Shown: piece after piece, positions 38,379-47,139 of the stretch
Numbering within the stretch: the stretch's first letter is position 1
Layout of the letters: each line of letters opens with the position of its first letter
Origin: a virus
Reading direction: 5' to 3' (one strand)
Length of the DNA: 64,000 nt
IMG/VR virus record: IMGVR_UViG_3300032180_000001
Location: 120,981-184,980 of that record
Notes under the pieces: model-generated
The model's input: the letters and a program-made list of their open reading frames with translations, nothing else
Told to the model about the DNA's origin: nothing
Database searches by the model: none
Translations under genes and position numbers: made by a program

Positions 38379-40123
38379 ACCGGCATCCTAAGGCAGATGT
38401 TCTCCGCTAAGCGCACAGAGCTGAGAAGGTCGTAGCCGCGCCTCTTCTTCCCGAGCGCCCAGCTAGCCAGGGTAACGGCAACGATCGGCGTAATATCAGC
38501 CTCGCTGTCGCGTCGTGACCAGCCGCGCCCGCCATCTCCGATCTGCCGGGTTTCGGCACTGCCGATCGCAGACCACAGCACAGGTGCCTGCTCCCTGCCG
38601 AGATGAATGACCTGGCGATCACGGATGCCGGTGACAATCTGAGCAAATGCAGCAGCCTCATCAGCACTGCCGGCCGCCAGCACTTCAATCCCTGCCTGCT
38701 CTGCCGCGTCAATCAGCCCGGCCGCCGGTCCGTTCTTCGGAATGCAGACAGCAGCAGGATGGTACTCGCGGTTCAGCTCGACAAGCCGGGGGATGACCCA
38801 GTCCGTACCCTCGCGAGAGCAGCCGCGGGGGATCTCCAGCACCGTTCGATACCTCGTCCTCGGTGGTGACAGAGGAAATTTTTCCTCGAGCTTCGGCTCT
38901 GGCCGTTCCCAGGCCGCTCCGATAGTAGTGACAGTCATCTCCGGGTTGACATCAACCGCGAAGGCCAACGGTCGGACCGCACCACCGGGATCTCCCAGGG
39001 CACACTGACTCCAGGCTTCTTCGGAGACGACCGCCCAGGCTTCCTCTTCGGCCGGCCAGTCGCCAACGCTGAGGATCTCACGGTCAAACTGCGCCATGGT
39101 CATCGTCGCGAATTCCTTGGCCGTCTGCTCATAGCTGATCCTGGTACCCAGGGCAGGATTCGCCTTCGCCCAGGATCGCGGGTCATCCCGGTCATCATGT
39201 CGGTCGCAGACGATGTACCGATTGGTCTTCCGGCCAAGCACCTCATCGCGCGGGCAGGTATCGAGGTGCGGGTCGATCGACCACTCGGCACCCATCAGCG
39301 TCTGATCTTGACGCATGATCCGGCGCCGGACGAGGGCAAGCTGAATGCTATCGTGGTAGCCCGCTGAAGCGGTATAAATGACCTGCGGATTAGGAACCGC
39401 GCGCATGGTCGGCAAAGACGCCCCAACTTGCTCATCGGTCAAAAACATTGCCTCGTCATAGACGACCGTATCAGCTGTGAAACTTCGCCCGGAACCGCGA
39501 GAGCGAGCCAGAAAACGAAGTCGGCTACCAACGCTACGCCGAATCATCTTGCCGCCTTGTCCAAAGATAAGCGTCGGCGCTGGCTTCAACTCGATTGACT
39601 CTTCACCATGACTGGTAATAACCCGGTGAACGCGCCTTCTCAGCTCATCATAAGCGGAGATAGTATCCTGAACCCGGCGGAAATGCTCAGCAGCAGCCTT
39701 GAACTCATGCGCGGTATGAATAATCATCCGCTCGCCGAATACAAAAAGCCCGCCTATCTCCCGAACTTCCAAATTTTGGTTCTTACCGTTCTGCCTGGCA
39801 ACAATTGCAGCGTTCTCAAAAGCAGCCCACCTTCCATCAGGCTTAGTCCCGCAGCATTCGCCGAGCCACCATTCCTGCCATTCATCAAGGCTGTACCCGA
39901 CGGTAGGAGCCCAGTCCAGTAGCTCTTCCGATGCGTGGTTCCCGCAACCTGACTGGTACCCGTTCTGCTTACCGCGCCAGCACGCCCCGCACTTCGGGTC
40001 GATCTCCCGATGCCTGGGGGGAGCGGTCCAGAACCGCGGCATCTGGCTGCCGACTAGCTGACCGTGCAGGATCGACCCGTCGGGCAGGTAAACGTCAGGC
40101 ACCGCGACGAGGTGAACGCTCAT
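38375..40123 (-). CDS. terL: Terminase large subunit
   Basis: Walker A ARQNGKN, Walker B VVYDEA, PQVIYTAS, KANPALG, AFAVDV; possible natural end at CGC T TAG (38407). Confidence 0.92.
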   Translation of the reverse strand: MSVHLVAVPDVYLPDGSILHGQLVGSQMPRFWTAPPRHREIDPKCGACWRGKQNGYQSGCGNHASEELLDWAPTVGYSLDEWQEWWLGECCGTKPDGRWAAFENAAIVARQNGKNQNLEVREIGGLFVFGERMIIHTAHEFKAAAEHFRRVQDTISAYDELRRRVHRVITSHGEESIELKPAPTLIFGQGGKMIRRSVGSRLRFLARSRGSGRSFTADTVVYDEAMFLTDEQVGASLPTMRAVPNPQVIYTASAGYHDSIQLALVRRRIMRQDQTLMGAEWSIDPHLDTCPRDEVLGRKTNRYIVCDRHDDRDDPRSWAKANPALGTRISYEQTAKEFATMTMAQFDREILSVGDWPAEEEAWAVVSEEAWSQCALGDPGGAVRPLAFAVDVNPEMTVTTIGAAWERPEPKLEEKFPLSPPRTRYRTVLEIPRGCSREGTDWVIPRLVELNREYHPAAVCIPKNGPAAGLIDAAEQAGIEVLAAGSADEAAAFAQIVTGIRDRQVIHLGREQAPVLWSAIGSAETRQIGDGGRGWSRRDSEADITPIVAVTLASWALGKKRRGYDLLSSVRLAENICLRMPV

Positions 40124-40373
40124 GACTCAGCCCAGGCACTCCTTGTCCGAAGGTTGCCTGGCTCCGGTTCCGAGAGGAACGGCCGCAGGATAACGCTAGT
40201 TTAAACCCCATCAAGGCACGAGCCTCATCGATGGTCATCATCCCCCGGTTAATCTTAACCATAATCCGTGCCAGTGCTCGGCCGAATTCCTGGTCCGGCT
40301 CGGGCAGCTCGCCGCGTCGCACGGTCCCATCGGGCAGAAAGACATCCGGTACGACAACAAGATGCGCAGCCAT
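40095..40373 (-). CDS. TerL-leader cassette 1 (ends at 40127 if +1 shifted at TTA 40193)
   Basis: Starts MAAHLVVVPDVFLPDGTVRRGE. Confidence 0.55.
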   Translation of the reverse strand: MAAHLVVVPDVFLPDGTVRRGELPEPDQEFGRALARIMVKINRGMMTIDEARALMGFKLALSCGRSSRNRSQATFGQGVPGLSHERSPRRGA

Positions 40374-40376
40374 GGC

Positions 40377-40652
40377 TCAGACCCCGTTGCCACTAATAAG
40401 ACTGACCTGGTTCGTCCGGCAGACCGGCATGCCCACAAGAGCATCCAGATACAGGGACCTCCGGAAAGACGAATCTGAAAACTGTGAACTCATGAAATTA
40501 AACGGAAGGGGCGCGGAAAGGAAGCCCGGAATGATCCCGGCTGTCAGGGCAGGCTCATATGTGTACTCGCCACCGCCCCCGCCCGCAGGCAGCTCGCCAC
40601 GTCGCACAGTCCCATCGGGCAGAAAGACATCCGGTACGGCAACAAGCCTCAT
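40377..40652 (-). CDS. TerL-leader cassette 2
   Basis: Starts MRLVAVPDVFLPDGTVRRGE. Confidence 0.55.
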   Translation of the reverse strand: MRLVAVPDVFLPDGTVRRGELPAGGGGGEYTYEPALTAGIIPGFLSAPLPFNFMSSQFSDSSFRRSLYLDALVGMPVCRTNQVSLISGNGV

Positions 40653-40831
40653 GACCATTGTTCCTCGCTGAGCAGAAGAATCTGAGCCTCATGATAAGTA
40701 ATCCACCCATAACTGAGTGCTGTCTTAACTTGCCTTATACGCCGCTCCCTGCTCGTCTCAGGTGGCTTCCCGCGCCGCACAGACCCATCCGGCAGGAAGA
40801 CATCGGGCACAGCGACAAGACGAATGGTCAT
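40649..40831 (-). CDS. TerL-leader cassette 3
   Basis: Starts MTIRLVAVPDVFLPDGSVRRGK; ATGA coupling. Confidence 0.55.
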   Translation of the reverse strand: MTIRLVAVPDVFLPDGSVRRGKPPETSRERRIRQVKTALSYGWITYHEAQILLLSEEQWS

Positions 40832-41058
40832 GCCAGATCACTCATCTGGGTCTTGAGTTTTTCCATGATCGCAGCCTGGCTTTTCAGTGTCTGTTGCAGC
40901 TTGTCCGCAACCTCCGTTACCGCCGCAATAGCCATGATGATCTGACACATCTGAGGTACCCGATGCTTTCGCTGCTCCAGCCAGTCGGCCAGATCACCAC
41001 GCCGCGCTGTGCCATCGGGCAGGAAAACATCGGGTACGGCAACGAGGCGAACGGTCAT
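40828..41058 (-). CDS. TerL-leader cassette 4
   Basis: Starts MTVRLVAVPDVFLPDGTARRGD; ATGA coupling. Confidence 0.55.
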   Translation of the reverse strand: MTVRLVAVPDVFLPDGTARRGDLADWLEQRKHRVPQMCQIIMAIAAVTEVADKLQQTLKSQAAIMEKLKTQMSDLA

Positions 41059-41240
41059 AACTCTCTTCGCCCCTTGCTGATCCGAAATGTCGGCTCAAAG
41101 CCAGCCTCAACGAGCAAATTCTTGAAGACAGCCAGTCTCCCGAGCCGATGTTTCCACTTGTAAGGCAACGCCTGCTCCCCATGCAAAACGGTACCGTCGG
41201 GCAGGAAAACATCGGGTACGACAACGAGGTGAACGGTCAC
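41055..41240 (-). CDS. TerL-leader cassette 5
   Basis: Starts MTVHLVVVPDVFLPDGTVLHGE; GTGA overlap with the terS stop. Confidence 0.55.
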   Translation of the reverse strand: MTVHLVVVPDVFLPDGTVLHGEQALPYKWKHRLGRLAVFKNLLVEAGFEPTFRISKGRREL

Positions 41241-41524
41241 TGCGACGCTGCCCCCGCAAGACGCTTCTCCCGCCGCGCCCGGATCTCATCTGTCTGATCG
41301 CCCTTCACCTCGCCAGGCGCCATCTTCCGAAGCTGGTCGAGAGACAACCGGACCTCCCGAGCGAACCCGGCCGCATCACGCGGAGCGAGACCGCCTTCAT
41401 CCAGGATCCTGGCAGCATGGAGTGCTACAGCGGCTACTCCGCCGCTTCGCATCTTCACCGGCAGCTCCAGCAGATCGGAGAGTACCGCCGTCTCGATCGG
41501 TCCGCAGTACTTAGAAGTTGTCAT
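41237..41524 (-). CDS. Probable terminase small subunit
   Basis: 95 aa, helical, ends DEIRARREKR; lies upstream of terL. Confidence 0.6.
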   Translation of the reverse strand: MTTSKYCGPIETAVLSDLLELPVKMRSGGVAAVALHAARILDEGGLAPRDAAGFAREVRLSLDQLRKMAPGEVKGDQTDEIRARREKRLAGAASQ

Positions 41525-41648
41525 TCCTCATCATCGTCCTTACCGCAGCATTCCCTGCGTTCCCAGCCTCCGTCGCCATCCGTGATACGCTATGAGAACC
41601 CAGGAGCAAGAGTGTCCATGTCCCTCACGATACCCCCAGAAAGTCGTC

Positions 41649-41855
41649 ATGACCCTCGTAACTATCCGGATTCTCTGGATGGACGACAAGAAAACCACTC
41701 TGAAGGATGTCACCACCAGCGTGCGCGAAGGCGTCCTGCACGTCCATCGGTACCGTGACAATAGCATCATCCACGAGTGGCACCTCCCCATCGCCAACAT
41801 CCGGTGGTGGACACCTGTACGAAACGGCGATCCGGAGCCTACCCTAGAGACATAA
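41649..41855 (+). CDS. Hypothetical protein
   Basis: 68 aa; ends HLPIANIRWW... Confidence 0.5.
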   Translation: MTLVTIRILWMDDKKTTLKDVTTSVREGVLHVHRYRDNSIIHEWHLPIANIRWWTPVRNGDPEPTLET

Positions 41856-41977
41856 AGAGCTACTGCCATGCCTGCCATACCTGGGCTTCACTCGACCTCG
41901 CCTGGATGTGCTCACCGTGCTCCGCCGGCTGGTACGCCCGGCCCCGTCGCTCTGCCCTACTGATGGAAGAGTCACTC

Positions 41978-42691
41978 ATGCCCTTGCTCCTCGACGGCTG
42001 CTGTGGTGCAGGAGGTGCCGCACGGGGGTACACCGAGGCCGGATTTGAAGTCTGGGGTGTCGACAGCAACCCGCGGCTCGAACGGGACTACCTCGCCTCC
42101 GGTGCCACCCGGTTCTTCTGCGCAGACATCCTCGAAGTCCTGGAAGACCCGTTCTTCCTTCGCAGCTTCGACCTCGTCCACGTAAGCCCGCCTTGCCAGG
42201 GCTACTCAAAAATGTCAAATTGCCGACCGGGACTCGCTGACAGGTACCAGAAACTGATCAGCCCAGTACGCGACCGGCTGGAAGCAAGCGGCAAGCCCTT
42301 CGTCATCGAGAACGTCTCCGGTGCCCGCCCGTGGCTTCGCGATCCGGTAACGCTGTGCGGGGAGATGTTCGGCCGCCGGGTCTACCGGCACCGGCTGTTC
42401 GAGCCCGGCGGAGGACTCACGCTGTCAGCGCCTGTGCCCGGACAACTAAGACAGCTCGCTGAAAAGCAACCTAACAGGGAATGCGGCTGGGTGCACCCCG
42501 TAGCGGCGGCGAAGGCCGGGCACTGGCGGCCAGGCGCGTACGTATCGGTAAGCGGACACGAAAGGAAAGAACCCGTCCGCGAAGCGATGGCTATTGACTG
42601 GATGAGCAATCGGGAAGACATCAAGGAAGCAATCCCCCCATACATGAGCAACTTTCTAGGACTTCAAGTACTAGAACAACTAACAGCATAG
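41978..42691 (+). CDS. C5-cytosine DNA methyltransferase (copy 1)
   Basis: DGCCGAGG, SPPCQ, IENV, RHRLFE. Confidence 0.8.
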   Translation: MPLLLDGCCGAGGAARGYTEAGFEVWGVDSNPRLERDYLASGATRFFCADILEVLEDPFFLRSFDLVHVSPPCQGYSKMSNCRPGLADRYQKLISPVRDRLEASGKPFVIENVSGARPWLRDPVTLCGEMFGRRVYRHRLFEPGGGLTLSAPVPGQLRQLAEKQPNRECGWVHPVAAAKAGHWRPGAYVSVSGHERKEPVREAMAIDWMSNREDIKEAIPPYMSNFLGLQVLEQLTA

Positions 42692-42702
42692 GAGTTAACC
42701 AG

Positions 42703-43165
42703 ATGATGCGAGACGTCCAGATGGAACTAGGGCGTGCTATCAGATTTATTGACGGCGCTCCCGACATTACCGGACTGCCTTGCGATAAAATAGAATCGGA
42801 AGAAGCGGGGGAGTACATGCGCCGCTATCATCTAGAATTTTCTCGGGACCGCTGCATCCGCTTCCATCACATACTAACCTCTGACCCCGAGATTGACCTG
42901 CATGATCATCCTTGGGATTTTGCATCAGTCATGCTAGCTGGTTCCTACGTCGAAATTACCCCTGACGGGCCGGTAACGTACGAGGCTCCGTGCGTCATCA
43001 CCCGGACAGCCAGGCAGCTGCACCGCCTAGTGCTAGCCGAACCTGTGTGGACCTACGTCATCTGCGGCAAGGTTCAACGCAAATGGGGTTTTGCTACTGA
43101 CCATGGGTGGGTGCCCTGGGATCAGCACGGGAATACCCGCGACACCAGCTCCTGCGGAAACTTAA
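42703..43165 (+). CDS. Cupin-like protein (HDHPW motif); fused to the next ORF via TTA in the zero frame
   Basis: LHDHPWDF...GSYVE...HRLVL...RKWGF; +1-frame TAA at 43163..43165. Confidence 0.55.
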
Positions 43166-43353
43166 TGCACCTTACCGTACGAGAAAAAGCCCTCATCGCT
43201 CATTCTCTCCGGGCGACCGCCGCAAACCTTGACCAAGAAGCCAGATCACATAGATTCAGGCACGGTCGGTGGGCAGAACACCGTACGGCTCTTCACGAAG
43301 AAGCACACGAACTGCGCGAGCTAGCCGAAAGATTCGAAAACGGAAAACCGTAA
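43165..43353 (+). CDS. Small helical protein (TAATG-coupled; in frame with the cupin as sequenced)
   Basis: MHLTVREKALIAHSLR..., 62 aa. Confidence 0.45.
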   Translation: MHLTVREKALIAHSLRATAANLDQEARSHRFRHGRWAEHRTALHEEAHELRELAERFENGKP

Positions 43354-43361
43354 CCCGTAGA

Positions 43362-43553
43362 TCAGAGTAGCAAGTTCGCAGGATCTATTCCCTCTCGGAG
43401 ACGAGCAGCGATGGCGCGGCGTTCCTCCGCAATCTTGCGCAGCCGATCACGCTCCCGTTGCTTCTGCTGCCGTGCAGCCCGGTCAGCAAGGCGCGCAGCC
43501 TGCTCATCAAGCGCACCAGCAGCCATCAGCCGGTCAAATTCTGTTATCTCCAC
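43362..43553 (-). CDS. Hypothetical coiled-coil peptide
   Basis: 63 aa. Confidence 0.45.
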   Translation of the reverse strand: MEITEFDRLMAAGALDEQAARLADRAARQQKQRERDRLRKIAEERRAIAARLREGIDPANLLL

Positions 43554-43564
43554 GAATAATCCTT

Positions 43565-43735
43565 CTAGTAACCAAGCGGGCCAACAGCCGTGCTAGTCTC
43601 TTCGTCGTAACTGCCAACGGCTTCCTTCAGGTCATTCTTATCCTGCTCGCTCATCTTCTTCCACTCCTTGGAGAAGTCTCCTGGCTTCATCCCAAAGTAG
43701 GCCATAACCGCGCTCATACCTGTCTTCACTGCCAT
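43565..43735 (-). CDS. Hypothetical protein
   Basis: 56 aa with FSKEWKKMSEQDK; strong RBS. Confidence 0.5.
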   Translation of the reverse strand: MAVKTGMSAVMAYFGMKPGDFSKEWKKMSEQDKNDLKEAVGSYDEETSTAVGPLGY

Positions 43736-43796
43736 ATCTCTTTCCCTCTTCCTTTCACTGATCTGAGCCGATCCAGCTCACCCGCCATCACAAGCC

Positions 43797-44021
43797 TTAC
43801 CACGGGCGCTCCTCGAGAACACGGAGATCAGCCTCATTCTCCCAGACGGGCGGATACTGCGCCTGATGCCAGCGGACAAGAACCGATCCATCATAGGGCT
43901 GATCTGGGTCCGGCCCTTCCACGCCAATCCAGGTGGTGTTCACCGTCTGCCCCTGAACACCGACAACGAGTCCAGTGTCATGCGTGTCAAGGTGCTCGAC
44001 GTATGCGTGATAAGCGATCAC
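43797..44021 (-). CDS. Hypothetical protein
   Basis: 74 aa. Confidence 0.45.
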   Translation of the reverse strand: MIAYHAYVEHLDTHDTGLVVGVQGQTVNTTWIGVEGPDPDQPYDGSVLVRWHQAQYPPVWENEADLRVLEERPW

Positions 44022-44033
44022 CCTAGCCTCTTC

Positions 44034-44900
44034 TCACCGCGGTGCCAGGTAAGGGACACTGTGGCCGAGGCCGATCCAGTGCTGGGCTAGCAGCCCGAGC
44101 AAGATAAGGATTGTGCAGACGAAGATGAGCACGGTAATCAGCCATTTGCTCGCCTGATCACGTACCCGAACGGAAATGTCGTGTTCCTTCATCTGCCACC
44201 AGCGCTCCCGCAGAACCGGCGGGCTGATCGGGGCGCGCGTCCACACAGGGGGATTGCTCCTGCTGCTGACCTTGAACCGGTCAACGGACCGGTCGACGAT
44301 AAAACCCTGAATGGTGGCCCCGACGGGTGCCCACAACCGGTGCAGTACCAGGCCAATCACGATGCCGAGAAGAATCACCTGCCAGGAGGAATGCGAAATC
44401 CACGACGGTGCGGTTACCGTACCGAGTTTCAGCGCATGCCACGCATTCGGCAGACCAAAGTCGAGCAGCCAGACGCCGCCCGCGGCCAATCCTACGGCGA
44501 GCGCCACAAGCAGCACGGGAGTCGCGATCAGCCGAAACCGGCCGCAGCGAATCCCCCACCACTTTGGCTTGGCAAGCAGCGTCTTCACGAACATGGTGGC
44601 CATGGCGGGTTCGAGCAGATCCCGCTCACCGTGCCGGTAGAGAACCCAGCTCTTATACCGATTGAAGACGCCCATACCACTGTCGAACCAGTGCTTCAGG
44701 TAGAAGATCTGGAAGTGCACGCTGGCGACGTGAACGTACCAGCGCACCTGGAAGACCCCGAAATAGATGCCTGCGATGAGCGCGGAGCCGAGCGCCGCAG
44801 CCACGGCTCCCCAGATGACCGTCTGTACTAGCCGGAGCCGGACTGGCTTCCCGTTGACGAGAAGTTCCCCGGCTTGCGGTTCGGCGGTAGCGGCGCTCAT
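44034..44900 (-). CDS. Multi-pass membrane protein
   Basis: 288 aa, at least four hydrophobic helices; ATGA coupling. Confidence 0.6.
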   Translation of the reverse strand: MSAATAEPQAGELLVNGKPVRLRLVQTVIWGAVAAALGSALIAGIYFGVFQVRWYVHVASVHFQIFYLKHWFDSGMGVFNRYKSWVLYRHGERDLLEPAMATMFVKTLLAKPKWWGIRCGRFRLIATPVLLVALAVGLAAGGVWLLDFGLPNAWHALKLGTVTAPSWISHSSWQVILLGIVIGLVLHRLWAPVGATIQGFIVDRSVDRFKVSSRSNPPVWTRAPISPPVLRERWWQMKEHDISVRVRDQASKWLITVLIFVCTILILLGLLAQHWIGLGHSVPYLAPR

Positions 44901-45241
44901 GCCCTGATGGCGATAGCCACGCACGCCTGCGCCCCCGTGTGCTTGAAGTACGTCGGCCCGCGGAGCGCTGCCGTTGCCAGGCACTTCCCTAGCGCGGTAC
45001 GAGCCGGCGCAGGTACCTGCTTCTCGAGGCAGGGCTTCATGTCCGCAATATGAGCGGATCCGCTGACGCAGGCCTTCAGGATCTTCGCTGCCGCCGCCTC
45101 ATCGGTCTTCACCGCGGTAGACGTCGCAAGCGCCGACACACGCGCGCTCGTCTTACCGCTGGCCGACGAATGACACCCTGCCACTGCCGCAACCATCGCC
45201 AGCGCTACTGCCGACACTGCCGTGATCCCCCGTATGCTCAC
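44897..45241 (-). CDS. Putative lipoprotein
   Basis: Signal peptide with AVAGC lipobox-like motif. Confidence 0.55.
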   Translation of the reverse strand: MSIRGITAVSAVALAMVAAVAGCHSSASGKTSARVSALATSTAVKTDEAAAAKILKACVSGSAHIADMKPCLEKQVPAPARTALGKCLATAALRGPTYFKHTGAQACVAIAIRA

Positions 45242-45297
45242 TGATTTTACCCCTTACGCCGCAGGGAACTCTTCCAGTACCTAGCCTATCCTACTGG

Positions 45298-45501
45298 CTA
45301 CCTCTGTCGCAGCCGTGCGGCAACATTCTTGTTAAGAACGTAGCGCCTAGTGTGAACCCACTGGCAGGTACCGCACCAGAATCCTCCCTCGTGCCCGCAC
45401 GGACACTGGCACAGAGCAGCCGCCCGGCACTCCTGGCAGTCTGCTGGACCGCAGAACCGCCCGACCGAATTCCGGTGCCTGGGAGGGTAGTGCTCGAACA
45501 T
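45298..45501 (-). CDS. Cys-rich small protein
   Basis: Several Cys pairs. Confidence 0.4.
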   Translation of the reverse strand: MFEHYPPRHRNSVGRFCGPADCQECRAAALCQCPCGHEGGFWCGTCQWVHTRRYVLNKNVAARLRQR

Positions 45502-45507
45502 CCCCGC

Positions 45508-45753
45508 CTAACCTTCCATGCCAATACCTCGCTGCTGATGGTAGTCCCGCCATGCCGTCAAGGCCTCCGGTGTCGTCCACCGTGACCGCACCTCAATCGG
45601 AGCCTCAGACCGACAGCAGTTGCAAGTCACCTCAATCTGCCCGCTCCTGCTCCCGTAACGCCTGCTACTAGCATTCTGATAAAACCTGATCACAATCTGA
45701 TGAGCAGCAGACAAATCCTCCGGCAGCGGCAGATAAGGAAGAACCCCCGGCAT
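45508..45753 (-). CDS. Hypothetical protein
   Basis: 81 aa, coupled. Confidence 0.45.
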   Translation of the reverse strand: MPGVLPYLPLPEDLSAAHQIVIRFYQNASSRRYGSRSGQIEVTCNCCRSEAPIEVRSRWTTPEALTAWRDYHQQRGIGMEG

Positions 45754-45995
45754 TAGCCTCCTGACCTCTTCCTGAGCGCATCAATTTTTTCCAGAACATC
45801 CGCGTACGCGTCTGATCTGCCTCGCTTGTAGTCAACCTGCACCCCGGCGCATCCGTCATCGGCACGGGCCTTCATGTAGGTATCACGCCAGCCTTCCGCC
45901 GAAGACCACAGCTCGCGCCGAAGGGCGACTACCGTGAACGGATCGACCCCGTATCTCCGGAACAGCCAGCCTCTCAGCCTGATGATCACACTCAT
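45753..45995 (-). CDS. Hypothetical protein
   Basis: 80 aa, ATGA coupling. Confidence 0.45.
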   Translation of the reverse strand: MSVIIRLRGWLFRRYGVDPFTVVALRRELWSSAEGWRDTYMKARADDGCAGVQVDYKRGRSDAYADVLEKIDALRKRSGG

Positions 45996-46261
45996 CCGAG
46001 CACCTCCGCCCGAAACGGATCGCCTGGATCCCACCCGCAATGCCGTGCCATCATCAGATCGTACCGTTCCTGGAACTTCTGGTTCCTCACATGTGCCTGC
46101 CGCGCGGGGCACCCGACCCCCTCACAATGCCACCAGCCTGCCGCCACGGCCTCCGTAGTCTGCGCTACAGCGATCAGCCTGTCCCGGGTCCTTGGTGAGA
46201 TGTCCTGCGCAGCTTTCTCGACGATCCGCAGCAAGTCGGCCCTGCTGATAGTAAAGCTCAT
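45992..46261 (-). CDS. Hypothetical protein
   Basis: 89 aa, ATGA coupling. Confidence 0.45.
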   Translation of the reverse strand: MSFTISRADLLRIVEKAAQDISPRTRDRLIAVAQTTEAVAAGWWHCEGVGCPARQAHVRNQKFQERYDLMMARHCGWDPGDPFRAEVLG

Positions 46262-46515
46262 GTCCCCGGCTGCCCTCTCCGCACGGTTCCGTCAGGCAGG
46301 ATAACATCCGGAACGACGACGAGACGAGGCTGACCCAGCAGCCAAACTTTCTCCAGCGAGAAAATCTTCCGGATAAGAATATCTCCCTGTGAATCGTCCC
46401 ACTCATCAGCAGTAACAATATAGCTCGATCCCAGCGGGGGAGGCTCGGTATGCCATTCCTCGATATACCGAAAGCCTGATGCTTGCACCAAAACCCTGGA
46501 AACTACCTCACTCAT
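46258..46515 (-). CDS. Hypothetical protein ending in a TerL-leader copy
   Basis: C-terminus RLVVVPDVILPDGTVRRGQPGT. Confidence 0.5.
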   Translation of the reverse strand: MSEVVSRVLVQASGFRYIEEWHTEPPPLGSSYIVTADEWDDSQGDILIRKIFSLEKVWLLGQPRLVVVPDVILPDGTVRRGQPGT

Positions 46516-46808
46516 CCAAACGCCCCCGGGCTGGTCATCGCGTGCAACCGTCGGCCTACCTCACCGGCCACCGCCAGCTGGAACGCTGCCTGAGTACGCT
46601 CTAGTCCGAGATCGGCCGGAATCGGTACCCTCGTACTCTCCTGGCAGAAGACGACCTGACCATGCGTCGCGCCGCCCATCACCCGTCCGACCACAGTCGC
46701 GGTCGCCCGATCCGCTGTTTCCCGGACCGCCGCGTCCCATGCCTGCCGGAAGTCATCGTGCTCCAGCGCGAACAGTGTCACGTGGATAAGGTCGTTCGTC
46801 TCTTCCAT
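46512..46808 (-). CDS. Hypothetical protein
   Basis: 98 aa. Confidence 0.45.
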   Translation of the reverse strand: MEETNDLIHVTLFALEHDDFRQAWDAAVRETADRATATVVGRVMGGATHGQVVFCQESTRVPIPADLGLERTQAAFQLAVAGEVGRRLHAMTSPGAFG

Positions 46809-46810
46809 GC

Positions 46811-47065
46811 TTACTCCCGCCCTTCAGCGTAGCCTGGACCGCGAAGCTCCTGCTGTCCCTTCCAGCTCACTCTACGCTCCAGCTCGTCCTGCGCTGCCTG
46901 TTTCAGCAGCCCGGCCGCCTTCGCCAGCCGCTGCAAATCCTTACTGTCTTCTAGCCAGCGCATCTCAGCATAGACCTCACCCGGAATATCATTCAAAGCG
47001 TAGGCGAGTGCCCTGGCGGAAACCGCCGTTATCTGCGTTGCCGGATCTCTGCCTGAATCGTCCAT
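46811..47065 (-). CDS. Hypothetical helical protein
   Basis: 84 aa. Confidence 0.45.
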   Translation of the reverse strand: MDDSGRDPATQITAVSARALAYALNDIPGEVYAEMRWLEDSKDLQRLAKAAGLLKQAAQDELERRVSWKGQQELRGPGYAEGRE

Positions 47066-47139
47066 AACAGCTTTCCTTTCCAGATGCCGGAACCCGGCCA
47101 CGAGCTTTCGCGTGACCGGGTTCCAGTGCTCTTCCGAAG

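Noticed and set aside
40197-40208. -1 slippery site at GGG TTT AAA in cassette 1
   Set aside because: It is not an X XXY YYZ heptamer in the reading frame, and the -1 frame stops almost immediately.
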